From: a virus
Lineage: Duplodnaviria > Caudoviricetes
Length of the DNA stretch: 37,335 nucleotides
Strand: one strand, 5' to 3'
IMG/VR virus record: IMGVR_UViG_3300040816_000093
Location: 1 to 37,335 of that record
The stretch's first letter is position 1. Each line of letters opens with the position of its first letter. Positions 1 through 7,616 of this stretch are shown here, in pieces. Position numbers and translations under genes: made by a program. The notes beneath the pieces are model-generated. The model had not been told where the DNA came from. It searched no databases and worked only from the letters and a program-made list of their open reading frames with translations.

Positions 1-126
1 TCTCCGCACTACACTTCGACGCTAATCGATCAAGGCTCCCCCAACGTGCAATCGCATCCATCCTCCTGCGTTCCCAACTTGCCTTCGCCTTCCGCGTCAC
101 ATCGCTTGCATAATCATCCATCGTAT
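1..126. repeat. Terminal direct repeat, copy 1 (identical to 37203-37328); circular contig overlap
   Basis: 126-nt exact match to the window end; it lies inside the CDS that starts at 37323 (= position 121). Confidence 0.95.
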
Positions 127-172
127 CCCCTTTTCTGCCACTATCCTGCGCGTTACTTTCGTGAGTCGTCAC

Positions 173-354
173 TGCGGAACGTCGTCAACGACAAGTGACG
201 ACTTCCGCATGACTGCGAGTAAGACCAACAACTTCCGCAAACCTCCGCAGACCCGTCCAAAACCATTGCGGAAGTTATCCTTTTCCCTTAGGGGATTTTA
301 ACGACTTCCGCATACCCCTCTCTCAACTTCCGCAGACTTCCGCAGACTTCCGCA
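173..354. repeat. Iteron-like ACTTCCGCA cluster; putative replication origin
   Basis: Exact copies at 201, 231, 304, 326, 336, 346; one-mismatch copy at 241; inverted copies at 267-275 and ~173-180; lies just downstream of the primase-helicase and two HTH genes. Confidence 0.7.
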
Positions 355-529
355 AATGCCCCCAAACCTTCCCGTTTACGATCTTGCTAACGTGCGTCTT
401 TGTTACCTCAAACTTGTTGGCAATCGTCTGCAACGTCAGCCCCTCCTTACGCAGTTCCCTAATCAGGATCACGTCCTCTGGATCTAGCTTGCGCGTGTTG
501 TGGTTCAGCCAATACGGATTGCTCGTCAT
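323..529 (-). CDS. Small helix-turn-helix DNA-binding protein
   Basis: KLDPEDVILIRELRKEGLTLQTIANKFEVTKTHVSKIVNGKVW fits an HTH pattern; 4-nt overlap with upstream gene. Confidence 0.75.
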   Translation of the reverse strand: MTSNPYWLNHNTRKLDPEDVILIRELRKEGLTLQTIANKFEVTKTHVSKIVNGKVWGHLRKSAEVCGS

Positions 530-786
530 GATTTCTCACCCCACGCCTTCACCAGATACTTCTTCGACAGGCTTAGATTCCACGATGAATTAAGCTCTGC
601 GCTGTAACTGTTGACGCCCGTCCCTTCGGCCAGGTTGCGCCTACGCATCAATCCGTACTCATCCCTGTTCAAGCGCACCCAACGCTTCACCGTGTATACC
701 GATGTACCGGCATCCTTCGCGATCTTCGTGTAGTTGCGTCCATCCTTATACATATCCACGATGATGCTGATCTGCTCCTTAGTCAT
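526..786 (-). CDS. Helix-turn-helix DNA-binding protein
   Basis: IVDMYKDGRNYTKIAKDAGTSVYTVKRWV fits an HTH pattern; coupled to the primase gene. Confidence 0.75.
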   Translation of the reverse strand: MTKEQISIIVDMYKDGRNYTKIAKDAGTSVYTVKRWVRLNRDEYGLMRRRNLAEGTGVNSYSAELNSSWNLSLSKKYLVKAWGEKS

Positions 787-3031
787 TCACAAACCCTCTC
801 TCTTCTTTAATCGTTGACTCAGGCTTATGCATGACGCATAGCCCCTTCTTCTTCGTGTTCCCGCTTAGCATCTCGATCGTGATGTACCCCTGATCGATCC
901 AATCGCACATCGCCTTGTTAGCCGCACGTTTTGTCATGCCAATGTTCTCGGTCATCCACCTGACCAGATAACGGTCCCCGGTCTGACTGGCATTGCTGAA
1001 TGGGTTCTCACGGTTCCAACGTAGCTCGATCTCGCTAAACGTCTTGTCGATCTGATCTTGGCTCACCTCGTCCTCAAGCCGACGCGCTGACTCGACCTCC
1101 GCTGTACGGTCTTCCAATAACCCGGTCTTACCACGTCCGTAATAACGCACGTCCCTGTCGATCAGGTCATTCGCCTTGACGACACAACCGCACACGATCG
1201 ACTGCTTGTTGAGTGGGAGCGATAACGCTTTGCATGGCCCGATCTCGGCATCCCCGCTGATCGCCCACATCGCGTACACCAGACGCGCACCATCGACCAA
1301 GGCGGTTGACCCTCTGATCGCTTCACGCGCCTCCTCGGCCACTGTGATGCCTCTCAGGCCATCTTTACGCATATGGTGTGCAACGATCAGCGTGGCTCCG
1401 GTCTTAGCGCAGATGGATGACATCGCTGTCCACCACACCTGCGCCGCTTTCGGATCAGCATTAACGTCCGCCCAACAGAACGCCTGCAACGGATCGATGA
1501 TGACCAACGCCACATCCTCCATATGCAATAGCTGATCCATCAGGTCGTGGTAATGCTCAGTCATTGAGACGACACCCATTCCCTCGTTAACCAGTGCAAT
1601 CGCGCCCGTAGCGTCTGGAAGCGGAACAACGATAAGGTTTGGCGACGCTTTTTCGATTTCGTCCGACGTAGATATTTGAGCAAGGCGACGATGTACGGAG
1701 TCGGCTGAATCTTCTGCGGTGAGGAATACGACTTTTCCGCCCTTTGCAACACGGCCTCCAAAAGCGAACGGCGTGACCTCAAAAGGATCATCCCCTCGGA
1801 ATAGTGCGACCTTGAGCGCCAGATCGAGGAGCGCAAATGACTTTCCAATACCGCCTGACGCCGCGAGCAAAGCCGGAACACCTTGCGGAAAGATACCTTC
1901 GACCAGATACTCCATCTCTGGCGGCTCTCCCTTAAAGCGAGCGACGTGCCAGTCGTCGAGATGTAATCGCGTTTGACGCTTCTCCTCCGCTTGTGCGGCC
2001 ATGCTAATGGCCTCTCGCAGAACCGCCTGTACTGATAGCGCCACCTCACCTTGCTGTGCGCTGTCGTTGTCTGTGTCATCACTGTGTCCCCCTGACGTAT
2101 TTTCTCTGATGCCCATTGCTTCCATTTTGGAACGGATAGCATTGAGCGTATGTAGCTCACCGCGTTTCGCCCTAGCGAGTTGGTATCCCGCTTTCTCGGT
2201 GAACGCAGTGATGCCTCGGCCATCTTCTTCTAATGTCCTGCCGTTTCTTGTAGCGACGCGCATCTCATAAAGCTTCCACCCGTGTTCGATAATGTCGTCG
2301 AGCGTTGGCATGGATGACGTGCTTTCGTAGTACGCCATGATCGTTGACAGGATCGTCTTCGTCATCACGGCTTCACGTCCGTCGTCGTACTGGCCGAACG
2401 GATTGGTGCTAGTGGATTGCATTGGCGCGTCATGCGTTCCCGCTGTCCCGCCTTCCACCATCGCTAGAACCCAGTTCGGAGCATCCGCGATGTCGTCCAT
2501 GTCATAGGTGTAGCGATTACCTGACGCGTGACGGCTTGGCGCGGTAACGACAAAGCCACCTTCGCCTCGCACGTCGATCCCTTTGCCGATCAAATTGGTA
2601 TCGGTCTTAACGTGGAATCCATCCGGCGCTCTCAGGAAGATGTGCTTGCCACCTGATCCGGTCTTCGCTGTTGCGGTGATCGGTAGGTCGTCATGCGCCA
2701 TCTGCACCTGATCGAGCGTCTCCAATCCGGTCTTTCCCTGACCCGTGTCCACGTCAATCACAAACACGTTGCCGCTGATACTGCCAGTAACTACTCCGAT
2801 GTTGTGGCTATGCTCCATCCCATCGAACCAGACAAGCAGTTGATCGTCGTCCGCTTTCCTTTTCGTGAAGCGTTGCCAGTTCACCGCCGGATGCTTACCT
2901 GCGTTCCTGCACTCATCTTTTTTCTTGCAGGTGCAGATGCCGTCTTGGTCGACGGTGTACACCGGTATTACGCTAAATCCCAAGGATGCGTAGTATCTGG
3001 CCCACTCCAATAATGTGTTTGGCTGTTCCAT
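779..3031 (-). CDS. Bifunctional primase-polymerase (PrimPol) fused to an AAA_25/RepA-type SF4 helicase
   Basis: N-term CTC..C..AGKHP, NIGVVTG, VIDVD, TGSGGKH, IDVRGEGGFVVTAPSRH; C-term Walker A ASGGIGKS, Walker B LVIIDP, HHMRK, RGSTALVDGAR. Confidence 0.92.
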   Translation of the reverse strand: MEQPNTLLEWARYYASLGFSVIPVYTVDQDGICTCKKKDECRNAGKHPAVNWQRFTKRKADDDQLLVWFDGMEHSHNIGVVTGSISGNVFVIDVDTGQGKTGLETLDQVQMAHDDLPITATAKTGSGGKHIFLRAPDGFHVKTDTNLIGKGIDVRGEGGFVVTAPSRHASGNRYTYDMDDIADAPNWVLAMVEGGTAGTHDAPMQSTSTNPFGQYDDGREAVMTKTILSTIMAYYESTSSMPTLDDIIEHGWKLYEMRVATRNGRTLEEDGRGITAFTEKAGYQLARAKRGELHTLNAIRSKMEAMGIRENTSGGHSDDTDNDSAQQGEVALSVQAVLREAISMAAQAEEKRQTRLHLDDWHVARFKGEPPEMEYLVEGIFPQGVPALLAASGGIGKSFALLDLALKVALFRGDDPFEVTPFAFGGRVAKGGKVVFLTAEDSADSVHRRLAQISTSDEIEKASPNLIVVPLPDATGAIALVNEGMGVVSMTEHYHDLMDQLLHMEDVALVIIDPLQAFCWADVNADPKAAQVWWTAMSSICAKTGATLIVAHHMRKDGLRGITVAEEAREAIRGSTALVDGARLVYAMWAISGDAEIGPCKALSLPLNKQSIVCGCVVKANDLIDRDVRYYGRGKTGLLEDRTAEVESARRLEDEVSQDQIDKTFSEIELRWNRENPFSNASQTGDRYLVRWMTENIGMTKRAANKAMCDWIDQGYITIEMLSGNTKKKGLCVMHKPESTIKEERGFVND

Positions 3032-3061
3032 ATTCTTCCCACAGAGCTATCTTGTTGTTAG

Positions 3062-3085
3062 AAAAAAACGCCCCCCGAAGGGGGC
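3062..3085 (-). terminator. Rho-independent terminator
   Basis: Minus strand GCCCCC-TTCG-GGGGGC followed by G and T7. Confidence 0.85.
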
Positions 3086-3100
3086 TAAATCACCCGCTTA

Positions 3101-3313
3101 TCAGGTAGTCTTCCTAGCTCTAGTGGAAGCCGGTTTGGTGTTGAACAACTCATTCAACACGTCAATGCCTTCGCTGACCGCCATGTGACGATCCGAGTTG
3201 GCGAACTGGATATTCGACCGTTTCTCGGTCACCTTAAATACCGCCTGCACTTGGTCTGGGTTAATCAAAACCTCCGTGCAATCCGGTGTGCTGAGTTTCA
3301 CTAACATCGTCAT
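3101..3313 (-). CDS. Small protein, FlbD/SwrD-like (start re-called to 3313)
   Basis: MLVKLSTPDCTEVLINPDQVQAV...IQFANSDRHMAVSEGIDVL resembles the FlbD family pattern; ATG just after the SSB stop with GAGGG upstream. Confidence 0.6.
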   Translation of the reverse strand: MTMLVKLSTPDCTEVLINPDQVQAVFKVTEKRSNIQFANSDRHMAVSEGIDVLNELFNTKPASTRARKTT

Positions 3314-3317
3314 TCCC

Positions 3318-3920
3318 TCAGAACTCATCATCGTCTGCCGGGGCAGGCGTTGGTGCAGGTGCAGGTGCAGGTGCAGATGCGACAGGCGCTTCTGTTGTTC
3401 CGCCTGACAGTTCCGCAGGACGGTCCACCCACTTCTTGACCTCGAACTGAGGGATCTGCGTGTTGCCCTTGCCAACCTTCATCGGAGTTGAGCCAGTGAT
3501 TTGCACGACTGGCGCTTTTCCGGACTTGAACTCCGGATTCTCCTCACAATGGTTGTACAGTTCTTGGATGAACGTCAGGTTGCCAAAGGTGTTTGCGCTA
3601 AACTCACGCACCGGCTCATCGCCGAACAGCTTTGTGCTGACCACATCGATCCGGAACCCTAACTTGTAAGTCGGGTTACCATCACGATCCTTCTCTTCAG
3701 GCTGTGGCAGTCGATTATTGATGCTCGGCCACGGCATCCAATCACGCCCTTGAACGTCGATCTTCAGCCAACCAAGCTGTAACCCTGCAACGTCAAATAC
3801 CGCAGGAGCGTCCCAAGTGAACTCAGTCTTTCCTTCAGGTGAACTCATTTCCCAAGCTCGGATGGATGGACTGAAACGAATGTACGGCTTACCCTCACCG
3901 CCTCCTAGATTTAATGGCAT
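3318..3920 (-). CDS. Putative single-stranded DNA-binding protein
   Basis: Beta-rich core, Pro/Ala linker and acidic C-terminal tail DDDEF; located between nuclease and primase; GAGGAG RBS. Confidence 0.65.
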   Translation of the reverse strand: MPLNLGGGEGKPYIRFSPSIRAWEMSSPEGKTEFTWDAPAVFDVAGLQLGWLKIDVQGRDWMPWPSINNRLPQPEEKDRDGNPTYKLGFRIDVVSTKLFGDEPVREFSANTFGNLTFIQELYNHCEENPEFKSGKAPVVQITGSTPMKVGKGNTQIPQFEVKKWVDRPAELSGGTTEAPVASAPAPAPAPTPAPADDDEF

Positions 3921-3922
3921 TT

Positions 3923-4939
3923 CTACTTCTCCTCTTTTGTGTTTTCGATTTGCCGTTTTGCTTCTTCTACTATGTCATTGAGCGCAGGCTCGCCGTCCCA
4001 GTAGAAGCTCTCTTCGTCGTGCGGCACACCGGCCACAAGATCGAATGGGTTTTCGCTTAGAGCTAAGAACTTGCTCATGCGAACAATGGAATCCTTGAAT
4101 CGTTTCAACGAACGCTGATACGTTTCATCGTCTAACTTCAGGATGTGATACGCGTTGGGCTTGCCCTCTTCCTTCGGACTCGCATACGCGAAGTACACGT
4201 CAGGGTTGTTGCCATGCGCTCGTTTGTAGAACGACGCCTGCATCGCGTGTGACGTTGACCAGTCGCTCGGAATCCGTGCAGTGGTCTTGAGATCCACGAT
4301 CGTATGCTTGTTTGCGTCGTTCGCGTAAAGGAAATCGAGATAGCCGATGACCTCGACCTTCTCATGATGTTGATCGCCGAACCGACATGGCAACCCGACT
4401 TCCCACTGGCCGTTAAACGTCTGACCGACCGGCGGTAACTGCGGCTTGCCAATCCCGTGATTGGTTTCCAGTTCGATCATCGCGTCAATGCTGTTCATCA
4501 GGTAGCGGTACAGGCGTGTACGCTCTTTCTCAACAGCGTCGTTGAGGTTGATCGTCCCCTTGAGTTTATCGAACTTAGCTAAGGTAATATCGTGCGCCGC
4601 TTTAGGGTCTGCCTTCTCAAAGATGTACGCGTTCAATCCATCCTCAGTTGCGATCCCACGCCAAGCCGACGCCCCCATTGAAAACTTGTGGCCGAATAAC
4701 GCCTTGGCGATCCATGCAGATGGACTGCCCGTAAACATATTTACGGCGCTAGGGCTGAGATGGCTGATGCCATGATGTTGGAATGGATTCATTCTTCTCA
4801 CTTTCCTTATCGGGTTCTTGAACTCGAAACCGAATCTATCTTTTTTAATGTGCGCCCGCAAGCGCATATTGATCCCATGCTGATTCCAGAACTCCGTGTC
4901 CTCAAGATCCTTGAACGGATGCGGCGGAAGGATAGGCAC
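3923..4939 (-). CDS. PD-(D/E)XK (RecB/Cas4-like) exonuclease; alternative start at MNPF (4792)
   Basis: HLSPS, WRG..TED, WE, GYLDF, IVDLKTT and Q..FY motifs. Confidence 0.85.
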   Translation of the reverse strand: MPILPPHPFKDLEDTEFWNQHGINMRLRAHIKKDRFGFEFKNPIRKVRRMNPFQHHGISHLSPSAVNMFTGSPSAWIAKALFGHKFSMGASAWRGIATEDGLNAYIFEKADPKAAHDITLAKFDKLKGTINLNDAVEKERTRLYRYLMNSIDAMIELETNHGIGKPQLPPVGQTFNGQWEVGLPCRFGDQHHEKVEVIGYLDFLYANDANKHTIVDLKTTARIPSDWSTSHAMQASFYKRAHGNNPDVYFAYASPKEEGKPNAYHILKLDDETYQRSLKRFKDSIVRMSKFLALSENPFDLVAGVPHDEESFYWDGEPALNDIVEEAKRQIENTKEEK

Positions 4940-5127
4940 TAATGCATATCCTTCGTGTCGCTAACAAGCGTAACGGTTGCTGTAAGCTCAGGCTTGTCAT
5001 CGCTCAAAGAATAATAAAACTCAGCGATCTGCGCGCAGGCTTCCTTTTCACTTTCTGCCACAACATCCGGAAAGATCATTGATCCTTTGCTTCCTTTTTC
5101 TTTTACTTCGACTGTGAATACACTCAT
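4939..5127 (-). CDS. Hypothetical protein
   Basis: AGGAGA RBS; stop overlaps the next GTG start. Confidence 0.7.
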   Translation of the reverse strand: MSVFTVEVKEKGSKGSMIFPDVVAESEKEACAQIAEFYYSLSDDKPELTATVTLVSDTKDMH

Positions 5128-5148
5128 ACATTTCTCCTATTATTAAAG

Positions 5149-5165
5149 GACGGCTTACACCGCCT
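5149..5165 (-). repeat. Gene-end hairpin repeat, copy 1 (AGGCGGYGTAAGCCGTC)
   Basis: 16/17 identical to 5479-5495; TAA stop codon lies in the GTAA loop. Confidence 0.75.
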
Positions 5166-5463
5166 TCCTTTTGATTCGTTTTTTATACCCAGAAAAAGAA
5201 GCCGCGCCCTGCTGAATCCAGATCACTTTTGTTTCCTTCTCTTGCTTTGCAATCCGAGCATCCTCCATGCGAAGGACTTCTCCTGCAAATGCGTTTGCAT
5301 TAACCGGATACCCGTCAACGAAGAACTGAAGATCAACAATATCGTAATTATCACCTGCAATTTTTCGGGCAAGAGGCAAAAGCATTGCGTACTTGTTCTT
5401 GCGGACTTTGCGTAGCTCATCTCGGATCACGCGATCCGTCTTGATTTCAAAATAATGCGCCAT
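5155..5463 (-). CDS. Hypothetical basic protein (early region)
   Basis: 102-aa ORF with G-rich RBS, bounded by the two hairpin repeats. Confidence 0.7.
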   Translation of the reverse strand: MAHYFEIKTDRVIRDELRKVRKNKYAMLLPLARKIAGDNYDIVDLQFFVDGYPVNANAFAGEVLRMEDARIAKQEKETKVIWIQQGAASFSGYKKRIKRKAV

Positions 5464-5478
5464 GATCGTACCCCCCGA

Positions 5479-5495
5479 GACGGCTTACGCCGCCT
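5479..5495 (-). repeat. Gene-end hairpin repeat, copy 2
   Basis: GAGGCGGC-GTAA-GCCGTCTC hairpin at the stop of 5485-5811. Confidence 0.75.
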
Positions 5496-5811
5496 CCGAT
5501 TTCTTGGTTAACGCTTTATACGGCGGGATGACATTCCACACCCAAGTGCCGTTCTCACGCCCGCTACAACAGCAAACCCAGAAGTCGTACTGCTGAGGGA
5601 CGAAGTTTCCTTCGTCATCATCGCGACCCATATAAATATGAGACTCCCAACGCGTATCGCCGTAGCTTTTTGGCATGGTGCAAGAAAGATGCGTCTGAAC
5701 GCCTTTTGACTGAGCGAACTCAATCGACTGGCCGTAACAACTAGGAAGGCGAATCTCGTCAACTAACTCGCCGCGCTTACCAGTCTGAGGATCGAACTTA
5801 AATACTTTCAT
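5485..5811 (-). CDS. Hypothetical protein (start re-called to 5811, MKVFKFDPQTG)
   Basis: GGAG RBS upstream of ATG 5811; follows a promoter-like element. Confidence 0.7.
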   Translation of the reverse strand: MKVFKFDPQTGKRGELVDEIRLPSCYGQSIEFAQSKGVQTHLSCTMPKSYGDTRWESHIYMGRDDDEGNFVPQQYDFWVCCCSGRENGTWVWNVIPPYKALTKKSEAA

Positions 5812-5845
5812 GTTTTTGACTCCATTAGTCATTGATTGAGTCTTC

Positions 5846-5881
5846 ATAATAATCGATCCCGTACCAAATGCAACACCTTTA
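5846..5881 (-). promoter_or_regulatory. Putative sigma70-type promoter with conserved TAAAGGTGTTGCA box
   Basis: TTGCAT-16nt-TATTAT; shares the 13-bp box and GATCGATTA with 7515-7552. Confidence 0.65.
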
Positions 5882-5893
5882 AGCAAAAAAATA

Positions 5894-6139
5894 TCAGTCA
5901 CCGTCTTCGTGCATCTTGGCAAGCACATTCAGCCGAGCAATATCTAGTGTCACGCTTGGGCTAAGCCCGCCCTTGACTCGGTACTCAAAGTTCTCATGCC
6001 AGTCTGGATTGCGGCATGGCTTCCAGTCGTTCGACGAACCATACGCGATCCGCGTAGTGTTCACGCGAAACTCGATCTCCGCTCCATCGGCCCATGCGTG
6101 TATCGCATCAGCGTGTTGATGCGGTTTCGGCATCAGCAT
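5894..6139 (-). CDS. Conserved phage hypothetical protein (H..AI.AWADGAEIE family)
   Basis: PHQHADAIHAWADGAEIE...W...P.W....YRVK pattern recalled from phage early genes; GAGAGG RBS. Confidence 0.7.
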   Translation of the reverse strand: MLMPKPHQHADAIHAWADGAEIEFRVNTTRIAYGSSNDWKPCRNPDWHENFEYRVKGGLSPSVTLDIARLNVLAKMHEDGD

Positions 6140-6308
6140 TAAACCTCTCAATACAGATCGTGTTAGACATAAACTCGCCCTCCTTCTCCGGTAGGCATAC
6201 CGTGAAGTTGTTTGCGCGGATCATCAGCGAAACCGTGATGCCGTTCAACTGGCAACCGTTCGCAAACTTGATCGCCTCTTCAGCGTCAACAAAATGCTTA
6301 GTCTTCAT
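6108..6308 (-). CDS. Hypothetical protein
   Basis: Fills the gap between overlapping neighbours on the coding strand. Confidence 0.5.
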   Translation of the reverse strand: MKTKHFVDAEEAIKFANGCQLNGITVSLMIRANNFTVCLPEKEGEFMSNTICIERFNADAETASTR

Positions 6309-6390
6309 ACTTATCACTCAACAAAAGCCAGAACGCAAAAGTGAAAGCGACAAAGACAATCAGCGCAATTTCTTGTCCGGTAAAATGCAT
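6298..6390 (-). CDS. 30-aa single-TM membrane protein (not in ORF track)
   Basis: MHFTGQEIALIVFVAFTFAFWLLLSDKYED*; overlaps both neighbours. Confidence 0.5.
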   Translation of the reverse strand: MHFTGQEIALIVFVAFTFAFWLLLSDKYED

Positions 6391-6845
6391 TGCTGTCCCC
6401 ATAAGGCGATCAACGCGGCCTCCGCTCTTCCATCATCCTTCACGCGTTTAAACCGATCCGCTTGATCGGGCCATAATTGAGAAGCCAGTTCACGCGACGA
6501 CACCTTGTCGTTGCCAAGTTTGAAATGCTTCTTCCATGTTTGCGGTCTGACGCCTGTCACGTCCGGCGTCATCACCCATGCAATCGCTTCAGCGATTCCA
6601 CTTGCCTGACCGAACGCGAACATCGAACTGACGCCTTGATTCGGTCTGGCGTTGACGATCTCGATAAAGGCGTGTTCAAGCTTCTCAAACTGGAGAATCT
6701 CGTACAACGCCCTCGCGTCAATGCGTCGTTTCTTCTTCCCGCCGACCGTCACCGAGACTGTCGGCATATCGTGGACCTCGACAAGTTTGTTTCCATCCAA
6801 TAGTGCGACAGCCCCACTGATGCCGACATCTATTCCTAAGATCAA
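6360..6845 (-). CDS. RuvC-like Holliday junction resolvase (start re-called to TTG 6845)
   Basis: ILGIDVG, AFIE, QGVSSMFAFG, PQTWK, DGRAEAALIA; TTGA overlap with the upstream stop. Confidence 0.9.
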   Translation of the reverse strand: MILGIDVGISGAVALLDGNKLVEVHDMPTVSVTVGGKKKRRIDARALYEILQFEKLEHAFIEIVNARPNQGVSSMFAFGQASGIAEAIAWVMTPDVTGVRPQTWKKHFKLGNDKVSSRELASQLWPDQADRFKRVKDDGRAEAALIALWGQQCILPDKKLR

Positions 6846-7060
6846 ACGTCCGTCTCCGCAACTTCGCGAGAAAGTCGTTGGATAGCATCGCGAATTGCAG
6901 TAACACTTGCTTTTCGTGGAGATGAGGCGTTCTGCAACCAACGCCAAAAAGTAGCTCGGCTAACGCCTGCTTCGGAGAGGACTCTTGCACGACTAACTCC
7001 TGCTTCGGTCATTTCGTTTTGTAGCTTATAAGCTACATCAAACGCTTCTTGGTTTATCAC
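6842..7060 (-). CDS. Cro/Xre-like HTH regulator
   Basis: GVSRARVLSEAGVSRATFWRWLQNASSPR. Confidence 0.8.
   Translation of the reverse strand: MINQEAFDVAYKLQNEMTEAGVSRARVLSEAGVSRATFWRWLQNASSPRKASVTAIRDAIQRLSREVAETDV
7020..7037. promoter_or_regulatory. Perfect 18-bp palindrome TGTAGCTTATAAGCTACA; candidate operator
   Basis: Exact dyad symmetry within the 5' end of the HTH gene; function inferred. Confidence 0.4.
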
Positions 7061-7191
7061 TTAAAGTAACCCTTTGGGAATAATGATTTGTTGCAAGTGT
7101 AACGCAAGACGACATCGGACAATATGGCAAGCACCGTAAAAAACGATGTCGCCACTACAAACACAACCATAAAGATAAACGCCTCAACCAT
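7057..7191 (-). CDS. 44-aa membrane protein (not in ORF track)
   Basis: MVEAFIFMVVFVVATSFFTVLAILSDVVLRY...GYFK*; GTGA overlap with the HTH gene start. Confidence 0.55.
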   Translation of the reverse strand: MVEAFIFMVVFVVATSFFTVLAILSDVVLRYTCNKSLFPKGYFK

Positions 7192-7480
7192 TTGCCTTGT
7201 CCTTCTGCTGAATGATTTCTTTCACCTTGCCGTTCATCTGATACACGGTGACCTGCGTGACGTTGTACATATCCATCCAAGTTTTGGCGATGTAACGTGC
7301 CGCGCCTTGCAATGAATAACGCTCATGCGCTAACTCAATACCCTCGGCATCGTAACGATTTACATCCCACTCCTTGTGTACCTTATTGTACCGAACGACG
7401 ACGTGAAGAACTGACTCCAGACGTGGAGCCGCCTTCTTTTGTTTGACGCGTAGCGCCTCGATGATTGGTTTCCAATCCAT
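7184..7480 (-). CDS. Hypothetical protein, first gene of the early region
   Basis: GAGGGG RBS; follows a promoter-like element. Confidence 0.75.
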   Translation of the reverse strand: MDWKPIIEALRVKQKKAAPRLESVLHVVVRYNKVHKEWDVNRYDAEGIELAHERYSLQGAARYIAKTWMDMYNVTQVTVYQMNGKVKEIIQQKDKANG

Positions 7481-7514
7481 TTTACTTCCCCTCTGGATAA
7501 ATGAATCAGCGTGT

Positions 7515-7552
7515 AGACTAATCGATCTTTCGTTTCATTTGCAACACCTTTA
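7515..7552 (-). promoter_or_regulatory. Putative early promoter with TAAAGGTGTTGCA box
   Basis: TTGCAA-18nt-TAGTCT; directly after the late-operon terminator. Confidence 0.65.
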
Positions 7553-7555
7553 GTC

Positions 7556-7579
7556 AAAAAAATGCCCACCGAAGTGGGC
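7556..7579 (-). terminator. Rho-independent terminator ending the structural operon
   Basis: GCCCAC-TTCG-GTGGGC followed by A and T7. Confidence 0.88.
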
Positions 7580-7616
7580 GAAGTGTCGTGTAGGGGGCTA
7601 CACGATGAGGGAACTG

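Noticed and set aside
201-354. ACTTCCGCA repeats as a CRISPR array
   Set aside because: Repeats are only 9-13 nt, irregularly spaced and in both orientations, with no spacer structure
3352-3375. (GGTGCA)x4 as a phase-variable repeat
   Set aside because: An in-frame hexamer encoding the Pro-Ala linker of the SSB-like protein; length change would not shift the frame
3923-4939. Nuclease as a CRISPR-associated Cas4
   Set aside because: It lacks the four-Cys Fe-S cluster pattern and any cas context; an ordinary phage PD-(D/E)XK exonuclease fits better
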